From the NCBI GenBank assembly GCA_039621445.1, contig CP154954.1, positions 32,465,455-32,529,454 on the forward strand: a stretch of DNA of 64,000 nt, written 5' to 3'. The notes under the pieces are model-generated. The model was not told the origin of the DNA and did not search any database. It saw only the letters and a program-made list of their open reading frames with translations. A program made the position numbers and the translations under genes. The stretch comes from Euglena gracilis. Taxonomy: Eukaryota. Positions 41,791 through 55,502 of the stretch are shown here, piece by piece; the first letter of the stretch is position 1, and each line of letters starts with the position of its first letter.

Positions 41791-43993
41791 GGCCAGGGCC
41801 TGGCAGACCGTTCAAGTTGGGAAATGGAGACCCAAAGCACGCATGATCGTGCTACGAATGAGCAGTCGATCAATCGGGGGGCATTCACCACACAACAAAC
41901 TGGGCCAGAAAAGTTATCGCCGGCCATAAACAGACAAGAAGCCTCAGTGCAACTAAGGGGGGGGGGTGGATCAAGAGAATTTCTCCACATTCATGGTAAA
42001 TTCTAGATACATAGAACTCACAAAACTCATGAAAGTTAAAGTTCATTTTGTAAAGCCATTCATCCCTGATTTACCCCCCAGTGTTAAAATCTTGGCAAGA
42101 TTTCCCTGGGTTTTAAGTTTAAGCAGGGTAAATTTCCCCTGCTGCAAAACAATGCTTTGTCAAACAAGTTCACCATAGTTTTGTCAGCTCCCATCAGCTT
42201 TTTGCAAAAATTTTAGTTCCCACCTTTTTTCCCTTTGTTGGGGGGATGGACTTTCTCAGGTACCAGGTAATTCAACAAAGAAGAAATGAAGCATCAAGTG
42301 TAGACCCGTCCAAAGTGGTAACCCTGAATCACGCCCTCCACATACACAAATGTTATGTGCAAAATGCAATATTTGCATATGTGTGGTGTGTACAGATGTA
42401 TATCCATATAAGCAGCAGATTTACTAAAGCTGGCGGGTGCTGGGTTGCAGCGCTGGGGTCACAAGATCCGAACTCAATTGTCTACAGAAATTTTCTTTTC
42501 CCTTCCCAACGGCAACCCACCAGGCCTTGGGGGGGACAAGAAGTATGCCTCAACGCTGCTGCGTCGGAAGCGGGAGCAGGAGCTGCGGCTGATGAGGCAG
42601 AAATTCGGGAACCAGGGGGTTTTCCAAGCCAGTGCGGACCCCACCCTGGGGGGGAACCGGCCAGCACCTTTTCCCCAACCAGCAAGGGAGTCGGTTTTGG
42701 GGGTGTAGTGTCACAGCACTACACCCAGTGTTGTACTGTCACAGCACACCTCCAGTGCTGATGGCATGCTGAGAGTGGCCATTTCCAAGGGACGTTGACC
42801 CAAACTGACCCCCTCTCCTGCCATTGGAGCAACAACCACCCCCAGGCGCCACCTCTCTTTACAGAAAAGCCTGATCACAACCCAGGACAGCCAGTTGAAT
42901 GTTGCTCTCCCCCCCCTCAGATGGTCCACAACAGCCAGCGCCATTCTCCAGCTGGCCTCTCCCCCTATAGTCCGAAGAAAGTCCCCTGTCCGCGATGCGG
43001 GAGATGACGACGATGACCTCTCCACAGACGAGACGTCGGACGAGGACGGCTTCATGCTGAGCGACAAGAAGAAGATCGAGATCTCCAACGTGCTGCAGGC
43101 AGTCCGGGCTGGGGGTCAAGGGGCCGCTCGAGGCTCTGTCCGGAAACTCACACAGAATACCCCTGTCTGCTGGGGGGTGGTTCGGCCGCTCAAGCAGGGC
43201 AAAGCGTAATCTGTGACGTCTCCTTTGTTGTTTGAACAGTTTAACGTTTGTTTTCTTTTTGAGCGCATTGATAGCGAAGGCCTCAAGAGTTGTCACATCC
43301 ATTTGCATTTGTGTGCATTTGTGCAGAGAGGAGTCGCCAGACTGACTGCATAACTTAGCAAGTTGCTCCTTGCGCTAACCCCGTCTCTAAGCACCTGCCA
43401 TCCCCTCTTCCCCCTAACAGTCGAGTGGCGCCGTGAGCGTGACACGTCCCGCCTCCAGGAGGAGCGGTTCTTCTACGACAGCGAGTCCGGCAGCTCCACG
43501 GATGGTGGGTACGTCACCGACCCGCAGAAGAAGGGCCGCTACACCGTGAAGTCCCAACTGTGGGACGCTCTCGGGGACGATGAGGACCTGAGCAAGGCCA
43601 GCGCCCACCATCCCTGTGATGAGGAACAGCGAGCACATAGCAAGCTGGCATGGGAGAGAGTGGAAATGGGCAGAGGAATGATCTCCGGCAAAGAATTTAT
43701 ACGCTGGAGAAGGTTGTGTTCACAGTGTCCGCCTGATGCATTGTTAGGCTGTGGCAGTGTGTGTGCGCGCACGCGTGTGTGCGTACATGTGGATCACTGG
43801 TGTTGTGTACCGCCTTCACATGGAAAGTTTGCCCACTGGTTATGGAGAGTATTTCTTCTGTTCTGCCACCATAATTTTTGTTGCGGGGCGACGTGTGGGA
43901 CTGCCTTGCAGCAGACCCGCACGTCGCCCGTACCACCACAACCCCACACTGACAGTCAAATGATAGACAGACAGACAGACGGACAGACAGACG

Positions 43994-44029
<36 letters not shown>

Positions 44030-47000
44030 GCAGATGCGACTTGCAACGGCTGCCATCCAATTTCCCCGAATGGTGGGCGGTGCCCAGGCTCGAAGACCTG
44101 GCTCGGACCTACGAGGACCAGGACAGGCAGGGGAACCGAATGATCCCTGCAGCTGAGCGGCAGAAGGCGAAGGAGGAGTTCTTGGCGCTTGTGCGGGAGG
44201 CGGAGACCGGGATGCAGAACTGGTCGCTGAAGGTGTGCGGCAGGGCATGAGCTTTTGCACATTCTCTGGTCGTCATGACGAGTCGATTGCCAGCAGGAAC
44301 AGGCTCCTTGTCAACCCGGAAGACCCCGGCGGGGAGGGACCCTGTCCCAGTCCCCTCGTCAAGAGGGGGTCTGGGTATGAGCAAGCCCAAGGCACCGAAT
44401 ATTCTCTGGAAAAAAAAATGGCCAACGATGACAGGGAAGTGGGGTCCTGCTGACCTGGGTCCACCATTTCCCAGGGACCAGAAAAAGAAGCCTGATTGGG
44501 AAGTTGGTGTGACGTATTTTTCTTCGTCTTATTCAAAGGCACCGCACATTCCAAGCTGCCACGCCCCTCCCAAATCCCACAAACACTTGACACCAGAGGG
44601 GAGCATGTGCAAAGCAAAAAAAAAATCTCCAGGTGAAAACGAAGATTTGAAATATTGAAGACGGCACAAAACTACAAAAAAATTTCGGGTGCACATTTTG
44701 AGACCAAGGCCGTTGAAGAATAAACAAAAATATGAACAAAATTCACCGATGTGCAGGTAACGCCCCCAGATCCCTCTCCTTCTTCTAATTATCATTATTT
44801 TGGGTTCCTCGCCAGGCTGAACCCAACGCAGTGCAGCCTGCCATCAAGGTTCAAATGGATCCGGAGAGGTGGGAGTGCCACACCCCGAGGCTTCAAGCCG
44901 GAGACTTGCGCCAACGTGATGCCCACCTCGGTGCCGCCGCCCAAGTGCCCAAACGTTTGGGTGCCCGAGCACACAAAGGTGGGTTGGCCCGTGCCCCGCC
45001 ACCGTCACAGGAACGGCAGCCCTCGGCAGAGGACGCCGCGACGGCCCGGGAGCTGGACTCCAAGTTCTGGCAGACCCGGCAGGGGCGGGCACTGAAGCGG
45101 GACCTGGAGCGCCGCGTGCAGGCCCGGTCCAAGCTGGAGCAGCTGTTCTCCAACGAGCAGGGCGGGCGGGAACGGCTGCCCCGCCTCCTTTTTTTGTTGT
45201 GCCACATGCAGAGGGGGCTGCTGCACATTTATGCCATTTGAAGAGGACACCGGAAACCTCATTCTGTCTGGTTCTGGCTCGTACACCGAGAGCACCCTCA
45301 GTGAACTGGTTGCAGCAGCACACGGTTTGATGAATGTCAAAATACAATCACGTGGTGCCCGCAAGACATTTATCTTTGTCAAAAAAAAAGTTGCACCAGC
45401 CTACCCTCATTGCTGGCTGCTTGGCATTTCCCAACCCAGGTTGTGCCTGGGACCAGCGGTCCCACTTGCCCTGGCCTCAGTTCCAAGGATCCCAAGGAGG
45501 CATTCCTGAAGAACCAGTGCCCCCCTGGACTGGAAACCTGGGACCACTTCGGGGAGACAAGGTTCCATCCGCCCGGCGGAAAGATGGTTGTGGCATGGGG
45601 GGCCCTGCGCCGACTACTTCATAAACGACGGATGGTCGTGGACAAAGGCAACGGAGGAGGCGGAGGAGGCGAAACCGAAGCGGAGGTCGGCCAAATCCCG
45701 AGGGGAGGCGGCCGGCGAGGAGGAGGAAGAGGAAGGGGCCCCAGAAGAACCTCCGGAGGCCCCTTCATCCACTGGCCACACCCGAGGTGACTTCGAATGT
45801 TCTTGCTGGTGAGGAAATTTTTTGTTGCAAATTTAATCCTTCATTTTTGTGTTCTGCTCCAGAGATATAGCATGGAAATTGGAGAATTCGGAATTAAGTT
45901 ATGATTTGTTCTGTCATCCGATTATTCTTCTTGTTATTGACATGACACCTCCCACCCCTTTATGGGTTGAGCAGGGGTTGTGTGGAGATTCATACAACTA
46001 TTGTAAGGCTCATATTTCATCACCCTTGGCAAAGCACCAAAAGCTGAAAAAATCTGATAGAAGGGAGAGGAAGGGAAGCCAGCTAAGCAAATTTATGTGA
46101 GGAAGGAGATATGCAATATTTTGTTCTGTTTCTTGTTTGTTTCAAATATGGTGCTCATTTCTTTTCTGGCTAAAAACCCTCTCTCTTTGTTCACCACCTC
46201 ACGTGTGCTTGGGAGGACGAGGAGTTCACCAACAACCAAGAGGTTTTTGAACATGCATATGAAGAGTTCAAGTACCACCACCAAGAAGAGGTATATGTGG
46301 CTTTTTGTTCACAGTGGGCACAGGGGAGAGAGTATGCAAGTTGCATAGGTTGCATCTGTTTTTCATAATACAACTTCTGGATAATTTTCTTGTCTTTTTG
46401 CACAGTTTTCATTTTTTTTGAACAATGAAAAATGTTGGAACGTGTGCATTTTAGGACTTTTTTTGTGTTTTGACCCCCCATTCTCCAAAATTTTCAATGT
46501 CATTTCACAGGAAAATCTTCTACCTCATCAGAATCACATGCATCAAATCAAATCACAGGCACCTTGAAGTTGCATACACCAATTTTTGTATTTGTATTTT
46601 CAGTTGTTGCATCATGAAAATGGGTGAATGCAATTGGGAAGGCAACCGTGGCACTTTGCAAGTTTGCACCACGCTTGCTTTTGGTGGACAATTTCTTCTA
46701 TGGTTCCTTCTTTTTCGTTTTTTTTTTAAATAAATGTGGAAACTCTTTTGTTCATGCTTCCGTGCTTTTTGGTGGATAAAAGTTCGAATGATTTTTCAAA
46801 ATGTGCACTGCGTTGCAGGATGAAAAATGTTGCATAATGAAAAATTTCCCTGGCGCAGATGAAATATTTTCTCCACCAGTCTACCTTAGCGGTGCAAATT
46901 GCCCATTTTTTTCAATTTCTGTGCGTTTGAGGTGCGCGGGTTTCCGCTTACGATACCCCACCGTTTTGTGCTCAAAATTTTGAGAGGATGACACCAGCAC

Positions 47001-50000
47001 AAAAATTTGGGTGGTTTGGGTCCATTTTAGGCATTTTGACAAAATGGCGATTTTGAAAATTTATGGTCGTTTTGGGGGGGTTTGGAAAACACCCCCCTGG
47101 AACGTCCTGAAATTTTAAAAAATAGAAAACAGCTGGAGAACGCCTGGCCTCCGGAGCCCCGGTTGTTTGGCGATGCTGCCGGACCCCCCCTCTGGAGGGG
47201 GGGTGACACGGTGTTGCAGGTGAAGAAGAGGCAACCGCCTAAGCAACCCGCCCATTTTTGAGCCTCTCGTGAGTCCCGAGGAGCAGTGATGGGGAGGTGA
47301 ACAGACAGCACTGCCCAAAAGATGCCATAATTTCTTGGAAGAGATGGTTTAGGCGGTAAACCGTGCAAAATTTGTTTTTGTGATGAAGGGACGCTGCCCT
47401 AACGGAGGGGACTGATTTGGGAATAACATTAAAAATAAGGTTAGGCGGTTTACCGCGTAAAGAAGTGCTGATTCCGCAACGAGGTGTGCGCTGTGTGTGC
47501 TTGCCCCGGGTGTCCTGATTGGTTTACAAGCTCCCCAGCATCCTGCTCCTCCTGGGCTGTGCACCACACCGTATCATTTAGCAGCGCGGGATGACAGTTG
47601 GACCAAGGAAGGCACGGGAGGGAGGGGGGCGCGGTTGCCTGTGCTGCTATCCGGAACAGAGGGGCTGGGAAAGGCTGCAACACCATTCTGGCCATCACAA
47701 GTTCAAGAACTTGTGGCAAAGGTGGACTGAAATGGGATGCGGTTTGAGTGCGTGGTGCCCTTAATTTGTCAGCGCACAAGTTCCCTGCTGATGACACAGC
47801 TGGGCCACGCAAAACTGAACATTTTTTCCCACCTGTCAACTTCTGCTGAGAGATGCTCAAAATTTTTTTGTTTGAGGAGGTGCGGAAACAGAACACAACT
47901 TTTTTTTGGAAGTTTTTGTAAGACCGTTTGCAGGCGGATCTCTGTGCACATGAATGCATGAAACGTTGGAAAGATTCATGCACAGCTGACCAGAATCGGT
48001 GGGGTGTTGTATTTTTATTTTGTGTGGTGGATGGTGCTGTGTCGGGGTGGGGTGTCACACACGGCAAATGAATGATATGGGTGAGTTGGAGATCTTTAGG
48101 CGGAAACCCGCGCAGAAGGGTTTTGAAATGAGAAACGTTCTAGTTTGTGGATGACACGTGGGAGCAGGAAGTGGGAACGCGCTGAATCCTCTAGAAGTGG
48201 GTCATCACGTGAATTTATTAATGAATAAATTTGGGGGAGAGGGAGGAGATTTTGAGACGTTGGTGAATGGTAACAGTGGGCGGTTATCTGCGTATTTCGT
48301 TTTTATTTTGCGCGGGTTTCCGCCCAGATGAGGTTTGGGCGAAAACCTGTGTGGAGCTTGTTGTTGTCCTGATGGGTTGTGGTTGTGATGTTTTGGTGTC
48401 CCGAAGTGTCTGCGTCGGTGGTCGGTGTCGGCGGCACAATGTTTGAAAGTTGGGCGGGACAGGTTGAAAGGAAGCTGTGGCTGTGGCTGAGAGGAAAGGA
48501 AGCTGAAGCTGTGGCTGCGGCGGCGGGACAGCAAGCACCCGACCAGGCGGAAACCTGCCTGGCATTTGAGCAGGACGCGGACACCCTCCTCTCCAATGAG
48601 GAGGCGGTAATGTTCCCCCTGGCTAGCGGTGAAGGTGTCATGTGCAGGGAGAGCAGTGGAACGCATGTGTCAGTTGCCAGGCCAGGTGAGCTGCGGTGGA
48701 GGTGATATTTTGTTACTGTCCCGAAGAACAGCCAAAAACCTGAGGTTGATATCTCAGGAGGAACAAAAGCACCTCCCAGGGCCCTCCACTTGGAACCCAA
48801 CGGTGTTTGTGGTCCAAAATCAGGGTTTGGGGAAGGCTGACGAAGAAGTGATTCAAGATATGGACGGAGAAACGCCTGTTTCAGCAGCTGGTGGCAGCAG
48901 TTGAAAAATTTTGTGGGGTTTTTGGAAGGAGTCCTCCAAGTTCTGAAAAATTCAAGGCCTTTTTAATTGTTTTTTGAAAGAGTTTTACAGCATTTTTCCT
49001 TTGAAAAGCTGCAGTTTTTGCTGAAATTCAGACAAAATGCCCAAAGCACCTCTTTTTTTCTGGCTCTTCTTCCTTCGGGTCCGGCAACATGCTTCCGGAG
49101 GAGGCAACGGTGGTCTCCACAGTTAGAAACCACGTGGAAGGGGGGTAAACCAGAAGGTTGTCATTCTCAACCAACGCCGGGTCGATGTTTGACCCGGTGC
49201 ATTTGGCTTCCATCCATGTAATCAGCCTCAGCACAAGTGTGTCCGGTCTTTTTGGAAACCACCCCTGTTCTGAGTGCCCAAGTTTAAGGGCTGCCCGTCT
49301 CTGCTCGTTTGGTCAAACCCTGCTGGTGCCATCTCCTCTCCCTGGTTTCCATAAACCTCCACCTCTCAAGCTCACCACAATGCGCCAGACACCATTCAGT
49401 TGCAAATTGCCTGGCATCCTGGCAACAAAGTCTGTCGTCCGTGTACTCCGCAAAGCTTCACGCCTGTGACTGGCAATATTTTGCAAACAAACCAGCAGAG
49501 TTCATTTCTAGGGCGGTTTCTATCTTCCACCCCCATCCCATCGTCCACGAATGTTTTGCTTCTTCTGCCCACCCTTAACCCGGCCAGGCGGTTTCCCGCC
49601 TGACTTCTCTGACCTCACAGCTGGTATGCCCCCCCCCTCCATCTCATATGTTGTGTCTGTGCAAACCGCGTTTCCATCCGAACTCATAAAAGGAGACCAG
49701 GCCTCGGTGCTCAAGTGTGACAAGTCAGCTTGTTGGCCTCCTGAGCGGGTACTCTGTTTTTTTGTTTAAGCGGATAACCGCCTACGTCGTCTCTTGGTCC
49801 ACATCCAACCCCATGCCAACTCCTCAATGGTGTTTTTAAATTATTGTGGAAATGGTCAGGCGGTGAACCGCCTGAACCAAAATTGTTGGTGGGGGGAAAG
49901 ACTTTGTGGATTTTGGCTCATACCGGATGCTGCGAGTGCAGAGTTTCATAAATCAGTTGCTGCTTCTCTTTTTTGTTTTTGGGTCGTTTTAAACAGGAAC

Positions 50001-53000
50001 CTTTTTCTATCCAAGTGCGTTCTATACAAATGGGGAGGGCAGGATATCGTCGGGTGGCACCTGCCCACGTCGCCAGGGAGTTCCCCAACTACCATTGGCT
50101 ACGGTGTTACTGTCCCCCAATCCAGAGACCCCAGCAGGCAATGGCGCCTGGCCTGTGCCAGTCTCGACACAGGGAGGGGGGGGTGAGGGCAACACCACCA
50201 GGGCACCACCATTGTTTTTTCTTTACTCCAAGATGGATTTCCGCCTACACCAAGTCGCCAAAAACTCACCACGTGTACACACACAGCAGGCGGATTCCCT
50301 CCTACCAATCGTCAACTGTTTGTGTTATTGTAGCCGATAATCCGTGTACCATTCTTTGTTTTCATTTTTTAGGCGGTAATCCGCGTACAAGTTTATTCTG
50401 CGTGGATATCCGCCCAAACATTTAACTCCGTCGTCTGTCACCTCTTGTTTCGTTTTAGGCGGTTATCCGCATACACTTGCAATATGCATTTGTTTCTCAA
50501 ATACCGTTAATAACATAAATCATGAAGACACAGCCCCGTGTCACACCCATTCAAAGTCAGTGTTTTTCCACCCATTTCAAACAGTTCCAGTACACCCCCC
50601 AACTCACACAATTCACGCACAATCGTAAATCGTTTAAGCGGAATACCGCGCAAAACCAATTCCGGAAAATTTTCGACCAAAGCTGCCACACACCCTTCTC
50701 AACCTAAAATTTTGTGCCTTTTTAGGGGGGTTTCAAAACAGCCAAAAAACGTCAAGAAACACAAAAATTGGTTGGGCAATTTGCGCCGCCTAAGTCTACC
50801 CCTGCTGATTTTGCATGTTGGGAAGTTTCCATTTTCGCTCGTATTTGATGACTCGTCAGAAAAAAATTCCAAGGTAGGGTAAGCAACATGGGTTGCCTGA
50901 GTGCCTTCCAGCTTGAGATTGAAATGCCTCCCCCCCATTTTCTCAATTTGCTCGCTGGACAGGTGGAATCCGCCATATTATTGAAACATTGGCCATCACT
51001 GCCATCATAGGAAGTAGTGTACAGTCTGACCTTTTTCAAAAAAGGTTGGTGAGATGGCTGGCAAATTCTTGAGGGGACAGGCTCAAAGGAAGTTGACAGC
51101 GACAGGAAAGACACAGGGAGAGGAGGTTCACTCCAACTGGAACACCAATGCAAAGCTTTAGTTATTTTCTCCTCTGAACCGTTGTTGGGGATGCCAGCAA
51201 CCTTTTTTTCACTGTTGAGTTTCCTCATTTCCAAATTTAACTTGACAGTCTGAAGTTTAAACTTGAACGTTTAAGGTTTAAGGTTTTTTTTAAACGACCC
51301 AGGGACCCAGCGTGCGCAGATGGGCCTGGCCCGACCAGGCTTCTTTTTAACTTGGAAGACCCCGGGGCCGGGGCCAGACCCCCCAGGGGCTCCTGGGCCA
51401 GAGGCCCAGGTGTGGGTTTCAGTGCGAACCACCAAAATTTTTTGGAAAATGCCCTTAGACGGCCCGATTGGGATGGTCCCCACCAGGGGTCTTAAAAAGA
51501 AGCCTGGGCCCAACCCCTGGGGCCGGCCTGGGTGGGGGCTTTGGGGCAAAAAAAACTGCCCAGGTGACAGTTGATGGGGGGTGCAAATCGGGTGGGGGTG
51601 CAACAAGGCAGCGCAAGGGATGCAAAAATGTGCAAAAGGGTGCAAACTATGAGAAAGGTGCACTTTTTTGAAAGGGCCCAAAGGGCCCAAAACCGACCCT
51701 CCCCGAGGGGTGGGGGGTGTCTGGTATGGGCAGGAACCCCATGCCAAGGCACCCCCGGGCTTGTCAAAAGAAGCCTGTGCGCACCCCTGCACAGTCTGCT
51801 GGGCTGCCTTCCCACTGGGGTCCGCAGGGCTTCACGGAGCAGATCGCGGCGCCACAGATGGGGCCTAGCCTGCGGCGCAAGGAGTCGGCCCGCAAGAAGC
51901 GGCGGGAGCTGCAGGCCGAGAAGGAGGCGGAGCGGGAGCGCACGTTCCAGGAGGAATTGAGCTCAGGCGACCCCTGGAACGTGATTGATGGTGGACTGCG
52001 CTGGCGAGTGTGTGCACGAGGGGGGTTACATATGTGTCTGTCGAGCGGGTATTTGTGGGTTGTGCACATTGCGTGTTGTGTGTTGTGTGTTGTGTGTTGT
52101 GCACATTGCGTGTTGCTGTATGTCTACTATGTTACGTGTGAAATTGAAAAGTTTGTGTATTGCAAGGGTCTCATGGCGCTGCCGCGTGAAGATGCAGAAG
52201 AAGAAAGCATTGCAAGAGAAGTCAGCCCTGCTGAAGGAGATTGCGGGCGCCAAAAGCCGAAAGCCACTCATACAGTGTCCATCTGTATGTATTAATGCGC
52301 ATATTCCTGGACCGCAGAATAAATAATAAAGGTTCATAATTGGCGCATTGGGTTACCTGAAATGGGAAAAAGTGTCATGGGCAATTTATTTCAGCGCCTT
52401 TTTTTTTGTCAATAACAGTGGTCTCCGCAAATGTTTCTGCATTTCAACATGTTGTGGAATGTCCAACGCTACAGAATTTACAGGGGCAAAGGAGAGGAAC
52501 ATGAAATTGTGTGAAGGGCTGCGGTGCACTGGCGGTGGAGCCGGACCCCGAGCCATGCGATGGGTCGCCCCGGCACAGAATGGGTCTCGCCCGCAAGGAC
52601 CGCTTCTCAGCGGACCTCCTGCACAAGATCCGCCACGCCTCCCTGGAGGAGTACGACCAGCTCATGGCGCAGGTGTTCAACGACGACTACTACGAGGAGG
52701 CGGACACCGCGCAGGGCCCCGCTGAGGGCGGAGCAGGGCCCCAGAGGCTGCATGGGCGAAAACGATGGTTCCAGTCATTTGGCACCCGTCCGGGTCATTT
52801 CCTTTTTAGGGGGAACATAGACACCCCGAAGTCATACCCCCCCCCTAATAGTGCTGCGGGGCCAATAGAGCTGCGGGTCCAAATAGTGCTGCACCCCCCG
52901 CCGGATGAAGCGAGCGTCCAATAGTGCTGCACCCCCCCAAATCACAGCAATGTGAAATGCGTAGAAGCTGGTGCAGCCTACTGCAGGCACCGCTTTTAAT

Positions 53001-55502
53001 CCGCAGAGAAGGGAAAGGGGGCAAATTCCCACCAGAACAACTCATAGAAGTCGTCCGAAGATGAACCACACAACCTCACCAGCCTCAGAGAAGGACATTG
53101 AGCAGACAAAAAGGGTGCCTGTGGTGATAGGTCGGGACTAAGAGGCACCCAGTCCAATAGTGCTGCAGGTCCAAATAGTGCTGCACCCCCCACCGCCGGA
53201 GGCGGCCGTCCAATAGAGCTGCGGGTGCAATACTATTTGGGGGGGTTTACACACAAAATTGCGCACAGATATGTCACCCTCATATCAAACGACCACCCTG
53301 TCAAGCGATCATCCCTTCCCTGTTCAGAGAACCCCTTTCAGGAGGGTTTTTCGTGTTTCAGGGACAGGGCGGTCCATAAGGGACGGGAAGTTTTTTTTTT
53401 TTCGTTAAGGACCGCCCCTTAAGGACCGCCCCCCCCGACCAAGGATCGACCGGGACTTGAACGGGGGTCGAAAACCAAAAAGTCGAAAAACGCATTTTTT
53501 GACGCTATGGGCGGATGGGCGATGTTCCAAAACTGCCAGGAATCACTTTTTTTTCCCGAAGTCGACCCGTTTCGGGCAAAATACGGCCACTTTTCGGTCA
53601 TGGATTTTCAAAAAAATTTCCCGGCTGTGCCGGGACGGGATTTTTTTTTTTTTTGCTTAAGGACCGCCCTGTTCAGGGAAGCCGAGTATCCCTCTGCAGC
53701 GATCACCCCCCCCCCCCCAATCAGAGGACAGACAAGGTTGTCTGCTGCGTGCTGAACACTTCAGGTGCATGCTGACTCCTGTCCCGGCGGCACCCTGGCA
53801 GGAATTTCCACCCGGAGGCCGAGGACTGGACAGAGCAGCCGGAGCTCCGCAAACTGCTCGGCACGGATGCGTCGTGGGAGAAGCGCCAGCTCGTGGCATC
53901 TGTGTTCAGCGAGACCCCGACGGCCACGGAGGCCGCAAGCACGCAGGCTGATGGGCCAGCGTTGGCCAGAGCAAAGGTTTGTTTGGATGCTGAAGGAAGG
54001 ATGTGCGTGGGAACGGCTGCCAAATCACGTCCATTTTCAAAAGTGTTATCATGTTGTGCCAACCGTCCCCTACCAAAACTCAGAACTTTCTCCAACGCCA
54101 TTATGAAGATGTTTACCAAACCAAATTCGTCAAGTCTGTGGCAAATGATCTTTCGGATCGCCCTGCCTTAGACCAGAAGGTTTGGACCCCCCAACTGAGC
54201 ACAGGAACGCACGAGGAAAGGGCATTTCCTTGAAAGGCAAAAGTGGAAATGTGGTTTTGAACAAACAGGTGCCAATACAACGAAGGCTCAGCGACACCAG
54301 AAAAAAAATTGATTTCTGGCATCTTTGGAGAGGTGCGCCAATCCACCCAAATCATAGCAAGACTCGGTTCAATTTTACAATTTCCCCTAGTTTTGAGCCC
54401 TGGATGGCAGCTTGGCTTCTCGTGGCATTTTTTTTTGGGGTATGTTCCACTTAAGAATCTCCCTGGTCTGAAGCGAATGCCTGGACAGGGGTGGTAGGTC
54501 ACGGGAGGTGGGGTGGTCGTTGCTTGGGTCGCGGCCGGCCGCGGCACCTGCCTCCCATAAACCAGCCTCCCGTGAGTCCCCATCGGGACTGGATGTCCGG
54601 CGGTGATGGTCCCGCCGTGGCCCCTCCGGGCCCCCACCCTGGCCCCAGCAGCGGCGGCGGCGGGGGCGGAAAGGCGCCGGCCGGGCCGCAGGACTCCGAC
54701 AGCGACAGCGACGGGGACGATGCGGGGCGGCGGCGGCGGCGCACGGTGAGCAAGGAGACGCTGCAGCGGCAGCTGGAGGAGGAGGCCAGGGCAGGGGGGG
54801 GGGGAGGGGCTGGCCGGATTGCAGTCGCCGGGGCCCCACTGGACCTGCTTTGAAGGTCTCTTTTGACGATTTTAGCAAATGGTGGATGCCTGTCGACGTC
54901 AGCTCGCCTTGGGTAATGCAAAATGTGGGTTTATTCTGGTTTCTGACCCCTCCCATGTGAAGACCCCCAGCTTTAAGCAGGATTTCAAGACCCGCATGCA
55001 AAAATCAAATGTCCCCGCACATCGTTTGGGGGTTTCCTTGGAATTTTCCTTTCCTTTCTTCTTTGTAGAAGTTGAAGTGGATATTTTCTCCCACACCAGC
55101 ATTCATGGCCGAGAGGGGTACTTAAAAAAAAAGCTCTCAGCGGCCCTCACACATGGTCTTCCTCTTTGAGGATGGATACAATTTGTGCCAAACCCCCCCA
55201 GTCCTGCCAGAGGTACAGTACACCCAGAAGGAGATAGACGAGCTGGGGTACGAGGATGTCATTGCGGGCGGCACCGTGAAGTGCCGCTTCAAGTACCGCG
55301 GCCATGCCTCGCCCTGGGACTAGTGCGGCTGTATTTGAACCACTGGGTCGTCAACTCACTCGGTTGTTTCAGTCGGAGTGACGGTCTCCCAGTCAGCCGC
55401 TGCTCAACCTCCCCACACCTGGGGCCACACACACGGCGAGGGCGGCGCATGCTCTCAACATCGACCCCATCCGCTTCGAGGGGCTGGACACCACTGACCT
55501 CC
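41635..55502 (+). CDS. KRI1: KRI1 homolog (40S biogenesis factor), multi-exon, 3'-partial. Exons 41635-41790, 42535-42609, 42994-43101, 43420-43595, 44088-44232, 44816-44848, 45011-45154, 45479-45511, 45612-45773, 46213-46290, 51828-51960, 52181-~52253, ~52531-52708, 53803-~53960, ~54590-54783, 55212-55299, 55457-55502
   Basis: Colinear KRI1-like motifs: VDKKYASTLLRRKREQELRLMRQKFG, acidic tract, EAFLKxYFINDGW, EDEEF..FEHAY..KYHHQEE, SLRRKESARKKRRE, KKKALQEKSALLKEIAG, EYDQLMAQVFNDDYY, and the C-terminal domain LGYEDVIAGGTVKCRFKYR/NIDPIRFEGLDTTDL. Confidence 0.88.
43964..44030 (+). repeat. (GACA)n microsatellite
   Basis: Direct observation. Confidence 0.95.
46213..46290 (+). CDS. KRI1: KRI1 exon
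   Basis: EDEEFTNNQEVFEHAYEEFKYHHQEE; GT donor at 46291. Confidence 0.8.
46885..50794. mobile_element. 3.9-kb TIR DNA transposon (CTTAG ends, 5-bp TSD), copy 2
   Basis: Ends CTTAGCGGTGCAAATTGCCC / GGGCAATTTGCGCCGCCTAAG; TSD TCTAC; extra internal blocks relative to copy 1. Confidence 0.88.
51336..51506. mobile_element. hAT-like MITE family D
   Basis: TIR CAGGCTTCTTTTTAA / TTAAAAAGAAGCCTG; TSD GGCCCGAC/GGCCCAAC (7/8). Confidence 0.82.
51828..51960 (+). CDS. KRI1: KRI1 exon
   Basis: ccgcag|; PSLRRKESARKKRRELQAEKEAERERTFQEEL. Confidence 0.82.
52834..53249. mobile_element. MITE-like element with repeated AATAGTGCTGC motifs
   Basis: Imperfect inverted ends CCCCCCCTAATAGTG / TACTATTTGGGGGGG; many internal motif copies. 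Confidence 0.55.
53365..53671. mobile_element. hAT-like MITE family A, copy 2
   Basis: Near-identical to copy 1; 8-bp TSD TTCAGGGA. Confidence 0.92.
55212..55299 (+). CDS. KRI1: KRI1 C-terminal domain exon
   Basis: VQYTQKEIDELGYEDVIAGGTVKCRFKYR. Confidence 0.88.

Larger units (their letters stand above)
52709..53802 (+). other. Non-conventional intron containing nested MITEs
   Basis: gcgCAGGGccccgc...gcggcaCCCTGgcagg; in-frame join EEADT/NFHPE. Confidence 0.75.
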
